Positions 9,523-19,932 of a stretch of 32,000 nt of DNA are shown here, piece by piece; positions within the stretch are counted from its first letter, which is position 1; each line of letters begins with the position of its first letter. Source of the stretch: Delftia acidovorans NBRC 14950. Its GTDB lineage: Bacteria; Pseudomonadota; Gammaproteobacteria; Burkholderiales; Burkholderiaceae_C. The notes beneath the pieces were generated by a model. The model saw only the letters and a program-made list of their open reading frames with translations, searched no databases and had not been told where the DNA came from. The stretch spans positions 2,529 to 34,528 of the forward strand of contig NZ_BCZP01000041.1 in the NCBI RefSeq assembly GCF_001598795.1, given 5' to 3'. A program made the translations under genes and the position numbers.

Positions 9523-9630
9523 AAGGCAGGCAGGCTGCGCAGGCCGGGCCGAGCCACCCCCTTCATCAAGCTATCGCGGGCACGGAGGCTGTGATAGCGT
9601 CACGCCATTTCATCAAGGAGCATCCACACC

Positions 9631-9891
9631 ATGAAGAACACCCTGGCCCGCCTGGGCCTGCTGGCCGCCGTGCTGACCCTGAGCGCCTGCGCAAGCCCCA
9701 TCCTCGACGACTCGCAGGAATATGACTATGTGCTCAGCTGCAAGCTGCGCGAAGACGACCCCAAGCGCTGCGAGCAACAGATCCGCGCCTTGTGCCCCGT
9801 GCCCGCCAAGGCCGTGACGCACAAGTCACGCACGGTGGACCCCAAGGACAATGCCGTGACCTACGTGTACCAGGCCCGCTGCGGCGACTGA
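9631..9891 (+). CDS. Small hypothetical lipoprotein, 86 aa, Cys-rich
   Basis: AAGGAG RBS at 9615-9620. Lipobox LTLSAC. Four further Cys in the mature part. No recognisable family. No terminator separates it from the TPM genes, so co-transcription is possible. Confidence 0.65.
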   Translation: MKNTLARLGLLAAVLTLSACASPILDDSQEYDYVLSCKLREDDPKRCEQQIRALCPVPAKAVTHKSRTVDPKDNAVTYVYQARCGD

Positions 9892-9933
9892 GCCATGGGG
9901 CCGGTGACCGGCCTTCCAGCCTTTTGCACCAAA

Positions 9934-9962
9934 GAAAAAGCCGCCCGAGGGCGGCTTTCTTG
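9934..9962. terminator. Bidirectional Rho-independent terminator (lipoprotein gene on +, atp operon on -)
   Basis: AAAGCCGCCC-GAG-GGCGGCTTT flanked by an A-run and a T-run, between convergent stops at 9891 and 9984. Confidence 0.85.
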
Positions 9963-9983
9963 CAGCTGGAGCCCGAATGGGGC

Positions 9984-10400
9984 TCAGCGCTTTTGGCGGA
10001 ACTTGCGCAGGGCCGCGATCTGAGCGGCCATGACGGCCAGCTCGGACTGGGCACGCGCCAGATCGACTTCGCTCTTGGCGTTCTTCAGTGCTTCCTCGGC
10101 TTCGAGCTTGGCCTTCTCGGCCTTCTCGGCGTCCAGGTCGGCACCGCGGATGGCGGTGTCGGACAGCACGGTCACACAGTTGGGCTGCACTTCCAGGATG
10201 CCGCCGGCCACGAAGACGAACTCTTCGCTGCCGTCCGCCATCTCGATACGCACCGAGCCGGGCTTGATGCGCGTGATCAGCGGAGTGTGGCGGGGAAAAA
10301 TGCCCAGTTCGCCGGATTCACCGGGCAGGGCGACAAAGCGCGCTTCACCGGAGAAGATGGACTCTTCGGCACTGACCACATCAACGTGGATGGTGTTCAT
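9984..10400 (-). CDS. atpC: F1 ATP synthase epsilon subunit, 138 aa
   Basis: [23 protein letters not shown]...; last gene of the atp operon; GAGGAG RBS. Confidence 0.97.
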   Translation of the reverse strand: MNTIHVDVVSAEESIFSGEARFVALPGESGELGIFPRHTPLITRIKPGSVRIEMADGSEEFVFVAGGILEVQPNCVTVLSDTAIRGADLDAEKAEKAKLEAEEALKNAKSEVDLARAQSELAVMAAQIAALRKFRQKR

Positions 10401-10558
10401 CTTTGCTCCTCAGAAAAGGTTGACTGGAACTTGGAACCGGCAGGGCCCAGATCGGGGACACCGAGCAAGGGCCGCCCCGCAGCGAGGGTGTCGTCCCCCT
10501 CCCCGCGAAGCGGGTAGAGAGGGGGAAGCGACGCAGTCGCTCAGGGGGTGCCGCAGGC
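10401..10558. repeat. GC-rich multi-hairpin (REP-like) element filling the atpD-atpC spacer
   Basis: Nested hairpin CCCCCTC-CCCGC-GAA-GCGGG-TAGA-GAGGGGG (10495-10525). An adjacent hairpin AGCGAC/GTCGCT lies at 10527-10541. No plausible ORF. Confidence 0.5.
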
Positions 10559-11980
<1,422 letters not shown>

Positions 11981-12002
11981 TTAGTTTGTCTGTTGAGCTG
12001 CT

Positions 12003-12875
12003 TTACACAGCAGCGGCGCCAGCCACGATTTCCGACAGTTCGGTCGTGATGGCTGCCTGACGCGTCTTGTTGTAGACCAGCTTCAACTCGCTGATGACGT
12101 TGCCGGCGTTGTCGGTCGCGGCCTTCATGGCCACCATGCGCGCCGATTGCTCGGACGCCATGTTTTCCGCGACAGCTTGGTAGACCAGGGACTCTGCGTA
12201 ACGCACGAGCAGCTCGTCGATCACGGACTGCGCGTCGGGTTCGTAGATGTAGTCCCAGCTATGGCCAGACGTCTTCTCGGCCTGCATGCTCTCGGACGAC
12301 AGGGGCAGCAACTGCTCCACCACCGATTCCTGCTTCATGGTGTTGATGAACTTGGTGTAGCTCAGGTACACCGCGCTCAGCTTGCCCGCTGCATATGCAT
12401 CGAGCAGCACCTTCACAGGGCCGATCAGCTTTTCCAGATGGGGCGTATCGCCCAGACCCGTCGCGTGCGAAACCACCTTGGCGCCGACACGGTTCAGAAA
12501 GCCCAGACCCTTGTTGCCAATGGCCACTGCTTCTGCCGACACGCCTTGATCCTGCAGCTCCCGCAGCTTGGCCGTGACAGCACGCAACACGTTGGTGTTC
12601 ATGCCGCCGCACAACCCCTTGTCCGTCGTCACCACGATGACGCCGGCTGTCTTTGCATCACCGTTCACTTGCATGAACGGGTGCACGTACTCGGGGTTGG
12701 CTTGGCCAAGATGGACTGCAATGTTGCGGATCTTTTCGCTGTACGGGCGTGCAGCCAGCATCCGTTCCTGCGCCTTGCGCATCTTGGATGCGGCCACCAT
12801 TTCCATGGCTTTGGTGATCTTCTTGGTGTTTTCCACCGATTTGATCTTGCCGCGAATTTCCTTACCTGCTGCCAT
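12003..12875 (-). CDS. atpG: F1 ATP synthase gamma subunit, 290 aa
   Basis: [36 protein letters not shown]; position between atpA and atpD. Confidence 0.97.
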   Translation of the reverse strand: MAAGKEIRGKIKSVENTKKITKAMEMVAASKMRKAQERMLAARPYSEKIRNIAVHLGQANPEYVHPFMQVNGDAKTAGVIVVTTDKGLCGGMNTNVLRAVTAKLRELQDQGVSAEAVAIGNKGLGFLNRVGAKVVSHATGLGDTPHLEKLIGPVKVLLDAYAAGKLSAVYLSYTKFINTMKQESVVEQLLPLSSESMQAEKTSGHSWDYIYEPDAQSVIDELLVRYAESLVYQAVAENMASEQSARMVAMKAATDNAGNVISELKLVYNKTRQAAITTELSEIVAGAAAV

Positions 12876-12893
12876 GATGGCTCCTCGTCCGGT

Positions 12894-14447
12894 TTAAGCG
12901 AACGACTTCTTGAACGCAGCGATGGCGGCGTTCAATTCGGCTTCGGAATCCTTGTCCATGGCCTTGGAAGCGTTCAGCTTGTCGATCAGGGCGCCGTGGC
13001 TGGTCTTCAGGAACTGGTGCAGACCAGACTCGAAAGCCAGCACTTGCTTGACCTGGATGTCGTCCATGTAGCCCTTGTTCACTGCGAACAGCGAAGCGCC
13101 CATCAAAGCGGTGGACAGGGGGCTGTACTGGGCCTGCTTGAGCAGTTCGGTCACGCGGGCACCGCGGTCCAGCTGCTTGCGGGTGGCTTCGTCCAGGTCG
13201 GAGGCGAACTGCGCGAAGGCAGCCAGTTCACGGTATTGCGCCAGGTCGGTACGGATACCGCCGGACTGGCCCTTGACCAGCTTGGTCTGTGCAGCACCAC
13301 CGACGCGCGACACCGAGATACCGGCGTTGATGGCGGGGCGGATACCGGCGTTGAACAGGCTGGTTTCCAGGAAGATCTGGCCGTCCGTGATCGAGATCAC
13401 GTTCGTGGGCACGAAGGCCGACACGTCACCGGCCTGGGTTTCGATGATGGGCAGTGCCGTCAGCGAACCCGTCTTGCCCTTGACTTCACCCTTGGTGAAG
13501 GCTTCGACGTAGTCGGCATTCACGCGGGCTGCACGCTCGAGCAGGCGGCTGTGGAGATAGAACACGTCGCCGGGGAAGGCTTCGCGGCCCGGGGGACGGC
13601 GCAGCAGCAGCGAAACCTGGCGGTAGGCCACGGCTTGCTTGGACAGGTCGTCATAGACGATCAGGGCGTCTTCGCCGCGGTCGCGGAAGTACTCGCCCAT
13701 CGTGCAGCCGGAGTAGGCCGACACGTACTGCATGGCAGCGGATTCGGAAGCGGTGGCAGCCACGACGATGGTGTATTCCATCGCGCCGGCCTGCTCCAGG
13801 GCACGCACCACGTTCTTGATCGAGGAAGCCTTCTGGCCGATCGCAACGTAGATGCAGGTAACGCCCTGACCCTTCTGGTTGATGATGGCGTCGATGGCCA
13901 CGGCGGTCTTGCCGGTCTGGCGGTCACCGATGATCAGTTCGCGCTGGCCACGGCCGACGGGCACCATCGAGTCGATGGACTTGATGCCGGTCTGCAGGGG
14001 CTGGTCCACGGACTGGCGTGCGATCACGCCGGGAGCGACCTTCTCGATCACGTCCGTCATCTTGGCGTTGATCGGGCCCTTGCCGTCAATCGGCTGACCC
14101 AGGGCGTTGACCACGCGGCCGATGAGTTCGGGGCCGACGGGCACTTCCAGAATACGGCCCGTGCACTTGACGGTGTCGCCTTCGGAGATGTGCTCGTACT
14201 CGCCCAGAATCACGGCGCCGACGGAGTCGCGCTCGAGGTTCAGCGCCAGGCCGAAGGAGGGCTGGCCATCCTTGCCTGCGGGGAATTCCAGCATTTCGCC
14301 TTGCATCACGTCCGACAGGCCGTGCACGCGCACGATACCGTCGGTCACCGAAACCACGGTGCCTTCGTTACGGATGTCGCTGCTGCCAGCCAGACCCTCG
14401 ATGCGGCTCTTGATCAGTTCAGAAATTTCTGCGGGATTGAGTTGCAT
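12894..14447 (-). CDS. atpA: F1 ATP synthase alpha subunit, 517 aa
   Basis: [18 protein letters not shown]; Walker A GDRQTGKT. Confidence 0.98.
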   Translation of the reverse strand: MQLNPAEISELIKSRIEGLAGSSDIRNEGTVVSVTDGIVRVHGLSDVMQGEMLEFPAGKDGQPSFGLALNLERDSVGAVILGEYEHISEGDTVKCTGRILEVPVGPELIGRVVNALGQPIDGKGPINAKMTDVIEKVAPGVIARQSVDQPLQTGIKSIDSMVPVGRGQRELIIGDRQTGKTAVAIDAIINQKGQGVTCIYVAIGQKASSIKNVVRALEQAGAMEYTIVVAATASESAAMQYVSAYSGCTMGEYFRDRGEDALIVYDDLSKQAVAYRQVSLLLRRPPGREAFPGDVFYLHSRLLERAARVNADYVEAFTKGEVKGKTGSLTALPIIETQAGDVSAFVPTNVISITDGQIFLETSLFNAGIRPAINAGISVSRVGGAAQTKLVKGQSGGIRTDLAQYRELAAFAQFASDLDEATRKQLDRGARVTELLKQAQYSPLSTALMGASLFAVNKGYMDDIQVKQVLAFESGLHQFLKTSHGALIDKLNASKAMDKDSEAELNAAIAAFKKSFA

Positions 14448-14495
14448 GACTCTTTCCTTCTTTAGCTTTGGTTAGCCGAGACCTCAGTCGCGTTG

Positions 14496-15035
14496 TTACG
14501 CAATGAGGGCCGCTTTCATTTGTTCCAGGCGGGCCTTGACGGACGTGTCAAGAACTTCATCACCCACCACGACGCGGATGCCACCGATCAGGGACTGATC
14601 TTGCTGCACCGACAGGTTCAGCTTTCGGCCGAAACGCTTCTCCAGCGAAGTCCCGAGGGCAGCCAGAGCGGCAGCATCTATGGGAAAAGCGCTTTGAACC
14701 ACGGCGTCGGACGAGCCACCGGCGCGGTTCACGAGGCTGCGAAACTGGGCCGCCACTTCTGGCAGGGCTTGCAGTCGGCCGTTTTCAATGATGACGCGCA
14801 GAAAGTTGCGAGCGGCATCAGGCAATGCCGAGCCGGCCACGCCGCTGATGACGTCGAACAGTTGTTCGTCGGTCACCTTGGGGTCGTCGGCCAGCTGGCG
14901 CAATTGCGGATTGGCGGCAATCGCCGCCAATTCCTCCGCCCAGGCAACAGTGCCGGACAGGTCAGCACCCTGCTGGGTGCTGGCCTTGAACAGGGCATCT
15001 GCGTAAGGACGGGCAATGGTGGCGAGTTCTGCCAT
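14496..15035 (-). CDS. atpH: F1 ATP synthase delta subunit, 179 aa
   Basis: [17 protein letters not shown]; operon position. Confidence 0.95.
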   Translation of the reverse strand: MAELATIARPYADALFKASTQQGADLSGTVAWAEELAAIAANPQLRQLADDPKVTDEQLFDVISGVAGSALPDAARNFLRVIIENGRLQALPEVAAQFRSLVNRAGGSSDAVVQSAFPIDAAALAALGTSLEKRFGRKLNLSVQQDQSLIGGIRVVVGDEVLDTSVKARLEQMKAALIA

Positions 15036-15047
15036 GTTTGCTCTTCC

Positions 15048-15518
15048 TTACAGCTCGGTCTTCAGGCGGTTCAGCAGGTCGGCATGGACGCCGGCATCCA
15101 CTTCCTTGCGCAGGATCTGCTCGGCGCCCTTGACGGCCAGCGCAGCCACTTGCTCGCGCAGGGCTTCACGGGCCTGGACTGTCTGCTGCTCGGCCTCAGC
15201 GCGGGCAGCAGCAACAATCTTGTTGCCTTCTTCGGAGGCACGGGCCTTGGCTTCTTCGATGATGGCCTGGGCACGGCGTTCGGCGTCCGCAAGCCGCGAT
15301 GCCGTTTCGTTGCGCGTCTGGGCCAGTTCCTGCTCGACGCGCTTGTTGGCGGCGGCCAGGTCAGTCTTGGCCTTGTCGGCAGCAGCGAGGCCATCGGCGA
15401 TTTTCAGAGCTCGTTCATCCAGCGCCTTCGCGATCGGGGGCCACACGAACTTCATCGTGAACAGCACCAGGATCAGGAAAACGATGGCCTGGACGAACAG
15501 GGTCGCGTTGATACTCAC
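15048..15518 (-). CDS. atpF: Fo ATP synthase subunit b, 156 aa
   Basis: N-terminal TM helix followed by a long Ala/Glu/Lys-rich coiled coil; operon position. Confidence 0.95.
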   Translation of the reverse strand: MSINATLFVQAIVFLILVLFTMKFVWPPIAKALDERALKIADGLAAADKAKTDLAAANKRVEQELAQTRNETASRLADAERRAQAIIEEAKARASEEGNKIVAAARAEAEQQTVQAREALREQVAALAVKGAEQILRKEVDAGVHADLLNRLKTEL

Positions 15519-15552
15519 GGCAACACCTTTCTATCTAGGGCGTGATCGGAGC

Positions 15553-15852
<300 letters not shown>

Positions 15853-16716
15853 TCAGTGGGCTTCATGTGCCTGGCCGAGATAGATCAGCGTCAGCATCAT
15901 GAAAATGAAGGCCTGCAGGGTGATGATCAGAATGTGGAAGATCGCCCAGATAGAGCCTGCAATGATGTGCCCCAAGGGGAGCAACACACCGGAAAGCGAC
16001 ATGGCAGCCGCACCGCCCATCAGAGCGATCAGACAGAACACCAACTCACCAGCGTACATGTTGCCGAACAGTCGCATGCCATGCGAAACCGTCTTGGCGA
16101 CATATTCAATGATCTGCATGGCCAGGTTGATAACACCCAGGATCAGTGCAAACACGGGATTCTTGCTGGTGCCGAACGGAGCGGTCACCAGTTCGTGGGC
16201 CCAGCCGCCCATGCCCTTGATCTTGATGCTGTAGAAGAAGCACAGGATCAGCACGGCCGAGGACAGGCCCAGCGTGGTCGAGAGGTCAGCCGTGGGAACG
16301 ACGCGCAGGTAGGCGTGCGAGTCACCCTGGACGCCCTGCCACAGTACCGGCAGCAGGTCCACGGGCAGCATGTCCATGGCGTTCATCATGAAGATCCAGA
16401 CGAACACGGTCAGCGCCAGCGGAGCGATGAACTTGCGGCTTTGCGCGTTGTGGATGTTGGCCTTGGCCTGGTTGTCCACCATCTCGACCAGCAGCTCTAC
16501 AGCCGCCTGGAAGCGGCCCGGAACGCCCGATGTGGCCTTGCGCGCGGCAAGCCACAGCACGAACAGGCTCAGCACGCCCAGCGTGGCGCTGACGACGATC
16601 GAGTCCAGGTTGATGACCGAAAAGTCGATGATCGACTTTTGCTTGATGTTCTGGAGGTGCTGCAGGTGGTGAACGATGTATTCACTTGCAGTAGGTGCGT
16701 GCGCGTCTGCGGCCAT
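15853..16716 (-). CDS. atpB: Fo ATP synthase subunit a, 287 aa
   Basis: Polytopic membrane protein with the conserved SHGMRLFGNMYAGE motif. Confidence 0.96.
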   Translation of the reverse strand: MAADAHAPTASEYIVHHLQHLQNIKQKSIIDFSVINLDSIVVSATLGVLSLFVLWLAARKATSGVPGRFQAAVELLVEMVDNQAKANIHNAQSRKFIAPLALTVFVWIFMMNAMDMLPVDLLPVLWQGVQGDSHAYLRVVPTADLSTTLGLSSAVLILCFFYSIKIKGMGGWAHELVTAPFGTSKNPVFALILGVINLAMQIIEYVAKTVSHGMRLFGNMYAGELVFCLIALMGGAAAMSLSGVLLPLGHIIAGSIWAIFHILIITLQAFIFMMLTLIYLGQAHEAH

Positions 16717-16737
16717 CGGTCAACTTCTCTTCAAATA

Positions 16738-17220
16738 TCAATCGGTTTTTCGGACATTGGCCCGCACTATCAGCGCGACCCAATACGTTTTCATGACGAT
16801 CACCAAGCCCGCCAGCAGCGCCAGCCAACTCAGCCCCGGGACCAGCTTGGGCGCAGCCGCCAGCATGGCAATGCACAGCACCAGCTTCACCAGTTCCCAG
16901 CCAAAAATTCCCACCATGGCGGCTGCAGCGCCGCCAGGCCTCTTGCGCACGACGGCGCGCGCAAACAGCGCAGCCGGCAGCACCACCGACAAGGCGCCAT
17001 AGGCAGCCGACCATCCGACCTCGGCGCGCCCCGTCACCAGCCACGCGACCAGTGCCACCAGCACGCCAACCACCGCCTGGACCACCACGAAGCGCCACAC
17101 AGACATCTGCGGGTTTCGCGTGCGCCACTCCTGAGCCTCCTCGGAGGTCAGGGGCTTGAAGTCGGAATCCTCGCCCTCAAGTTCCCTGTCAGCGTCTGTG
17201 TCAGCGGCGTAGTTTTTCAT
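16738..17220 (-). CDS. atpI: ATP synthase protein I (AtpI), 160 aa, with an acidic N-terminal extension
   Basis: First gene of the operon, 21 nt upstream of atpB. Small, with four hydrophobic segments. Assignment is by position and topology; I recognise no sequence motif. Confidence 0.8.
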   Translation of the reverse strand: MKNYAADTDADRELEGEDSDFKPLTSEEAQEWRTRNPQMSVWRFVVVQAVVGVLVALVAWLVTGRAEVGWSAAYGALSVVLPAALFARAVVRKRPGGAAAAMVGIFGWELVKLVLCIAMLAAAPKLVPGLSWLALLAGLVIVMKTYWVALIVRANVRKTD

Positions 17221-17270
17221 TGAGTTCTCGAAGGCCGCAGACCAGACAAGACTTTTTCACAAAGCCTCTG

Positions 17271-17276
17271 ATTATA
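17271..17276 (-). promoter_or_regulatory. Possible -10 box of the atp operon promoter
   Basis: Perfect TATAAT on the minus strand (plus strand ATTATA), about 50 nt upstream of atpI ATG 17220. No good -35 is seen. Confidence 0.3.
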
Positions 17277-17506
17277 AGTAAAAACCCCTGCCGAACGATA
17301 GGGGTTGTTACGGGCATGCCCAAAACGGCGGCGGCAGCCTGGCTGTGTGGCAGCAGGCCAACAACGCCAGCCTCGCACCGCAGGCAGCTTGTTTGTTGTG
17401 TGTGGAGTTTTCGTGACCGGCGGCGCGGCAGCCCCAGGCTGCGACATGGCCGCGAACGATAGCGCACAATCGCCTCCAACGCCAAGCGATTAACCTTGAT
17501 TCACCT

Positions 17507-17824
17507 ATGACCGACGCCCCAACCCCCTCCTCCGCACCAGCAGCCGCGCCGGGCGCGGACCCGCGCAAGGACTCGTTGATCGAGTACCCGTCGCAGTTTC
17601 CCATCAAAGTCATGGGCATCAAGGCCGAGCATCTGGTGCATGAAATCACCCAGATCGCCGAGCGCTTCGACCCCGCCTTTGACCCCAGCACCATCGAGTT
17701 GCGCCCCAGCAGCAGCGGCAAATACCTGGGTGTCACCGTCACGGTGACGGCCACCAGCCGCGAGCAGCTCGACGACCTGTACCGGGCATTCACCTCGCAC
17801 CCGCTTGTGAAAGTGGTGCTTTGA
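17507..17824 (+). CDS. ybeD: YbeD/DUF493 family protein, 105 aa
   Basis: [13 protein letters not shown]...[22 protein letters not shown] is the UPF0250/YbeD signature. The gene has the canonical position upstream of lipB. Confidence 0.9.
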   Translation: MTDAPTPSSAPAAAPGADPRKDSLIEYPSQFPIKVMGIKAEHLVHEITQIAERFDPAFDPSTIELRPSSSGKYLGVTVTVTATSREQLDDLYRAFTSHPLVKVVL

Positions 17825-18546
17825 GCGCCCCAGCCGCCGAGCTTGCGCGGACGCTGGACTTGCGCCTGCTGGGCCGCACCGACTACGAAGCCACGGTGCA
17901 GGCCATGCAGGCATTCACGAGCGGCCGCGATGCCGGCACGCGCGACGAGCTCTGGATCTGCGAGCACGCCCCGCATTTCACGCAAGGCCTTGCCGGGAAA
18001 AGTGACCACTTGCTGAGCCCTGGCAACATTCCCGTGGTCGCAACCAACCGCGGCGGGCAGGTCACCTACCACGGCCCGGGCCAGGTGGTCGCCTATCCGT
18101 TGCTGGATCTGCAGCGCCTGGGCTACTTCGTCAAGGAATACGTGTTCCGCATCGAAGATGCGGTCATTCGCACGCTGGAGCATTTCGGCATCACCGGCCA
18201 CCGCGTGGAAGGCGCCCCCGGCATCTACGTGCGTCTCGACGATCCTCGCAGCCACGCCATGCTGGCCCAGCGCCCGCAACTGCGCGCACCCGGCTCACCC
18301 GCGCCCCAGCCCGATTTTTCGGGGCTGGGCAAGATTGCAGCCCTGGGCATCAAGGTCAGCCGGCATTGCACCTATCACGGCGTTGCCCTGAATGCCGCCA
18401 TGGACCTGGAACCCTACGAACGGATCAACCCTTGCGGCTATGCAGGACTGCAAACGGTGGACCTTTCTACAATCGGCGTTCAGACAACCTGGGACGAAGC
18501 CGCGCGCGTGCTGGGACGACAGTTGCAGCGCCGCCTAGCCCCCTGA
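17821..18546 (+). CDS. lipB: Octanoyltransferase LipB, 241 aa
   Basis: [31 protein letters not shown] and [21 protein letters not shown] motifs. The only in-frame start is TTG 17821, which overlaps the ybeD stop (TTGA). The exact start is uncertain. Confidence 0.9.
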   Translation: MSAPAAELARTLDLRLLGRTDYEATVQAMQAFTSGRDAGTRDELWICEHAPHFTQGLAGKSDHLLSPGNIPVVATNRGGQVTYHGPGQVVAYPLLDLQRLGYFVKEYVFRIEDAVIRTLEHFGITGHRVEGAPGIYVRLDDPRSHAMLAQRPQLRAPGSPAPQPDFSGLGKIAALGIKVSRHCTYHGVALNAAMDLEPYERINPCGYAGLQTVDLSTIGVQTTWDEAARVLGRQLQRRLAP

Positions 18547-18556
18547 ATCCAGAACC

Positions 18557-19537
18557 ATGACCACCAACACCGTCGTGCGCGAAGCGCAGTCCCAAGCCGA
18601 GTACAACCCGCTGGCCAAGCAGAAGGCGGCAGCGAAGCTTTCGCGCATCCCGATCAAGGTCGAGCATGGCGAGGCCCTCAAGAAGCCCGAGTGGATCCGC
18701 GTCAAGGCGGGCAGCCCCACCACGCGCTTCTACGAGATCAAGGACATCCTGCGCGCCAACAAGCTGCACACGGTCTGCGAGGAAGCCTCCTGCCCCAACA
18801 TCGGCGAATGTTTCGGCAAGGGCACGGCCACCTTCATGATCATGGGCGACAAGTGCACGCGCCGCTGCCCGTTCTGCGACGTGGGCCACGGCCGCCCCGA
18901 CCCGCTGGACACCAACGAGCCGCTCAATCTTGCCAAGACGATTGCCGAGTTGCGCCTGAAGTACGTGGTGATCACCAGCGTGGACCGCGACGACCTGCGC
19001 GATGGCGGCTCGGGCCATTTCGTGGAGTGCATCAAGAACATCCGCGAGCTCTCGCCGCTGACCCAGATCGAGATTCTGGTGCCCGACTTCCGTGGCCGCG
19101 ACGACCGTGCGCTGGAAATCCTCAAGGCCGCACCTCCCGATGTGATGAACCACAACCTGGAGACCGCACCGCGCCTGTACAAGGAAGCGCGCCCCGGCTC
19201 GGACTACCAGTTCTCGCTGAACCTGCTCAAGAAGTTCAAGGCCTTGCACCCCAAGGTTCCGACCAAGAGCGGCATCATGGTGGGCCTGGGCGAGACCGAC
19301 GAGGAAATCCTGCAGGTGATGCGCGACATGCGCGCCCATGACATCGACATGCTGACCATCGGCCAGTACCTGGCGCCCAGCAACAGCCACCTGCCGGTGC
19401 GCCGATACGTGCACCCCGACACCTTCAAGATGTTCGAGGAAGAAGCCTACAAGATGGGCTTCACGCACGCTGCCGTGGGCGCCATGGTGCGCTCCAGCTA
19501 CCACGCGGATCAGCAGGCACACGCCGCAGGCGTTTGA
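18557..19537 (+). CDS. lipA: Lipoyl synthase LipA, 326 aa
   Basis: N-terminal cluster [12 protein letters not shown] and radical-SAM motif CTRRCPFC. Confidence 0.98.
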   Translation: MTTNTVVREAQSQAEYNPLAKQKAAAKLSRIPIKVEHGEALKKPEWIRVKAGSPTTRFYEIKDILRANKLHTVCEEASCPNIGECFGKGTATFMIMGDKCTRRCPFCDVGHGRPDPLDTNEPLNLAKTIAELRLKYVVITSVDRDDLRDGGSGHFVECIKNIRELSPLTQIEILVPDFRGRDDRALEILKAAPPDVMNHNLETAPRLYKEARPGSDYQFSLNLLKKFKALHPKVPTKSGIMVGLGETDEEILQVMRDMRAHDIDMLTIGQYLAPSNSHLPVRRYVHPDTFKMFEEEAYKMGFTHAAVGAMVRSSYHADQQAHAAGV

Positions 19538-19568
19538 GCTCGCCGCACCCAGGCGGCCCTCAATGCCC

Positions 19569-19601
19569 AGCCCTCGCCAGCCCTGCTGCCGAGGGCTTTT
19601 T
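19569..19601 (+). terminator. Rho-independent terminator of lipA
   Basis: AGCCCTCG (19569-19576) / CGAGGGCT (19590-19597) followed by TTTTT. Confidence 0.75.
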
Positions 19602-19636
19602 CATGGCCGCATGACGACACATCAAGACGCGCGGGC

Positions 19637-19850
19637 AACAAAAAAGCAGAGCCGCTGACGCATGCTCTGCTTGAATTGGAGGCGATGTTGCCTCTTCTGA
19701 CATCGTAGAAAAAAAGCCTGGCTAACCGGCAGACCGCTGGCTGGCAAACCGACTTGCTGCAGGCTGAACAGGCCTGGCGAGTCGCCCCACGATGAAACTG
19801 AAAAAGGCTTGCAGCTCGAATTCCCCACCAGAGAGTTTCTTGCTGCATTG
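19637..19850 (-). ncRNA. Candidate unannotated small RNA (about 210 nt) of unknown family
   Basis: Bounded by the promoter above and a minus-strand intrinsic terminator (AAGCAGAGC / GCTCTGCTT, 19672-19644, then TTTTTTGTT to 19637). An internal hairpin CGATGT/ACATCG lies at 19683-19705. No SD-preceded ORF. Prediction from sequence only. Confidence 0.3.
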
Positions 19851-19856
19851 GGGCTG

Positions 19857-19886
19857 ATCATAGCATCGAATGAGAATCAATCGCAA
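19857..19886 (-). promoter_or_regulatory. Orphan sigma70-type promoter (minus strand) in the lipA/ptsI gap
   Basis: On the minus strand: TTGCGA (19886-19881), an 18-nt spacer ending in TGC (extended -10 TGn), then TATGAT (19862-19857). An A7 tract (19908-19902) sits at UP-element distance. Confidence 0.4.
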
Positions 19887-19932
19887 CTAAAGTTGCAAAT
19901 CTTTTTTTCTGCGCATCCCCGCCTGCATGAAT

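Noticed and set aside
12147-14465. 772-aa ORF on the plus strand, antisense to atpG and atpA
   Set aside because: Same artefact. It spans two real genes and their intergenic gap, and its composition is dominated by G/A/H/D/L/V runs. The same reasoning rejects 10622-12049 (+, antisense to atpD), 15856-17223 (+, antisense to atpB/atpI) and 14493-15545 (+, antisense to atpH/atpF).
17308-19522. Minus-strand ORFs of 323 aa and 351 aa antisense to lipB and lipA
   Set aside because: lipB and lipA are unambiguous (radical-SAM CxxxCxxC and other motifs). The antisense frames are compositional artefacts.
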